The notes under the pieces: generated by a model | What the model saw: only the letters and a program-made list of their open reading frames with translations | The model's database searches: none | Told to the model about the DNA's origin: nothing | From: Okamejei kenojei | Taxonomy: Eukaryota | Direction of reading: 5' to 3' | DNA length: 64,000 nucleotides | NCBI GenBank assembly: GCA_035221665.1 | Contig: CM069133.1 | Span: 35,464,001-35,528,000, forward strand | Program-made: the position numbers and the translations under genes | Part shown: in pieces, positions 62,332 through 64,000 of the stretch | Position numbering within the stretch: the first letter of the stretch is position 1 | How the letters are laid out: each line of letters opens with the position of its first letter

Positions 62332-63648
62332 AGGTTAGACGAGTTTAGATGAATCGCCTTCCATCACAGTGAGGAATGTGGAGGAGTCACTGTGGTGGAT
62401 GTTCATGTTAACATGAATTGTCTGTGTTTTGTTGCTTTCTTTTGGTATGAATGTATGGCAAATCAAATTTCTCGTATGTTGCAAATCATACTTGGCTAAC
62501 AAATTATCATTATAATTATGATTAAGATTATGATGGAGCCAGACAGCCATTCAGCATCAAAAACTACCCTTCGGCCCACCATGTGCATGCTGACCGTCAG
62601 ATACCAGCAATTGGGCCGTAGCCTTTTACACCTTGGTAAATCATGTTCACATGTACCGTGAGAGTACCCGTCTGCACTACTCTCTCCGGCAGAGGGAGTT
62701 TCGAGGGATAATGGGTCCGGCATGTGAATACAACAGAAAGTGCTGGAGGGACAGGCAGCATTTGTGAAAGGAATGGTTCGGCATTTCGGGTCGGTACGAG
62801 GATTTGTTGGTAGATAGGTATAGATCAGTTTCAAATATGGATTAAATACACGGGGGGAAAGTACAGAGTAAAACGCAGGACACCGAAGAACATTGACTTG
62901 CAGAGGTATCTTGTTGGGAAGCAAATCCTCAGCCCTCTGAAAGCGGCAGGACATGGGCATAGTGTTGAGGAACGATTGAGACGTTTAGAATGGAAGTGGT
63001 GGACTTCACGTGGAGACGTAAGAAACTGCAGATGCTGGATTTTGTTTCTCCCACGATCCCACCAGAGATGGTAACGAGACAAAATGGCGTAAGCTGAAGA
63101 GAGAAAATTAGTGAAGTGTAAATTCACAGGGAGGGATATCGATGGAAAAAGATATGGCTGGGAAAGGGGAGCGGGATAGTGGGAGAAACAGATTTTAGCA
63201 TCTGCAGCTTCTTGCAATGTATTCAAGGGAATGACGTCCAACATACCCATTCTAAACGTCTCAATCTTGCCTCAAATCTATGCCCATGTCATTTGGGGGT
63301 GAAAATGTGCCGCCACTTCCAGAGAAGCTAAGATTTGCATCCCAAGATCCCCTCTGCAAATCATTGTTCTTAAGATTCTTCTGCATTAACTCTGTGCTTT
63401 CCACCCAGTGTTTCTCAAACATAAATTTGAAACTGGAATCCACATGCTGCTATATATTCCCTTACAACCGACCTCCTATCCACAACACTCCAATGTTGCG
63501 TGGTCAATCTGCAAACTTAATGAATCAGCCCACTGGACATATCCAATCCAAACCTCGGGAGAACTACACGAGAGGGGGAAATATCAGGAAAGAAAACGAA
63601 AAATCAAAACAAAGACGCGGTAATCGTGTCACCCAGAAACCACGTTAC

Positions 63649-63709
63649 CTGAAAACCCCGACTGAGACGGAGATCAGGAAGGTGCAGAGTAAACCCAGAT
63701 AGAGCGCAT
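63649..63709 (-). pseudogene. Orphan leader exon copy E (frameshifted as assembled)
   Basis: ATGCGCTCTATCTGGGTTTACTCTGCACCTTCCTGATCTCCGTCTCAGTC...CAG|GTAACG, homologous to the other leaders. Confidence 0.72.
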
Positions 63710-64000
63710 CACACCCAACACTTCAGTGTGGTGTCCTCCTCACCCACTTCTGTTAAATTTGTTGATACTGAAGTCGGTCAAGTATTTCATAATTTCGTAA
63801 TAATGGAACACCGATGGTGTTTGCACTTCAGCTTGTCATGGGTCTGCGAGTCCCCTGCTACAGAAACATCTCCTCGGCCCAGCACATGATTCTTCTCATC
63901 GATCCACAACTCGGTTTAATTTCCATTTACCACCTAGCACTCAGTGGACATAGGACAGAATTTAGGACTGACGCCCCCCCATCAGTCCCCTCTGCCATTT

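Larger units (their letters stand above)
59940..64000. repeat. Segmental duplication copy 2 (paralog of 34068-39995), runs off the window
   Basis: Collinear similarity. Confidence 0.92.

Overview
Repeat-rich vertebrate genomic DNA. The repeat families present (CR1/HER1-type LINEs, V-SINE/HE1-type SINEs, Penelope-derived short repeats) point to a cartilaginous fish, probably a skate or ray; this is inference. The host content is a birth-and-death cluster of SIGLEC15-like immunoglobulin receptor genes, mostly or entirely pseudogenised as assembled. It has four signal-peptide exon copies, four Siglec-15-like V-set exons (V1), four copies of a second V-set exon (V2) with a length-variable FG loop, and possible TM/cytoplasmic remnants. 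Mobile elements include two full-length but degenerate DIRS tyrosine-recombinase retrotransposons (ITR/ICR, gag, RT, RNase H/MT, YR), a Tc1 3' end, an L1 5' fragment with a duplicated coiled coil, a twin-primed (5'-inverted) L1 insertion, a solo LTR, Rex1 and Penelope fragments, a non-autonomous DNA transposon and many hammerhead-ribozyme-motif repeats. There are two segmental duplications, one exon-scale tandem duplication and four assembly gaps. Coordinates were counted by eye. Exon and TSD boundaries should be accurate to a few bases; repeat boundaries are approximate. Single-base frameshifts near homopolymers could be assembly errors.
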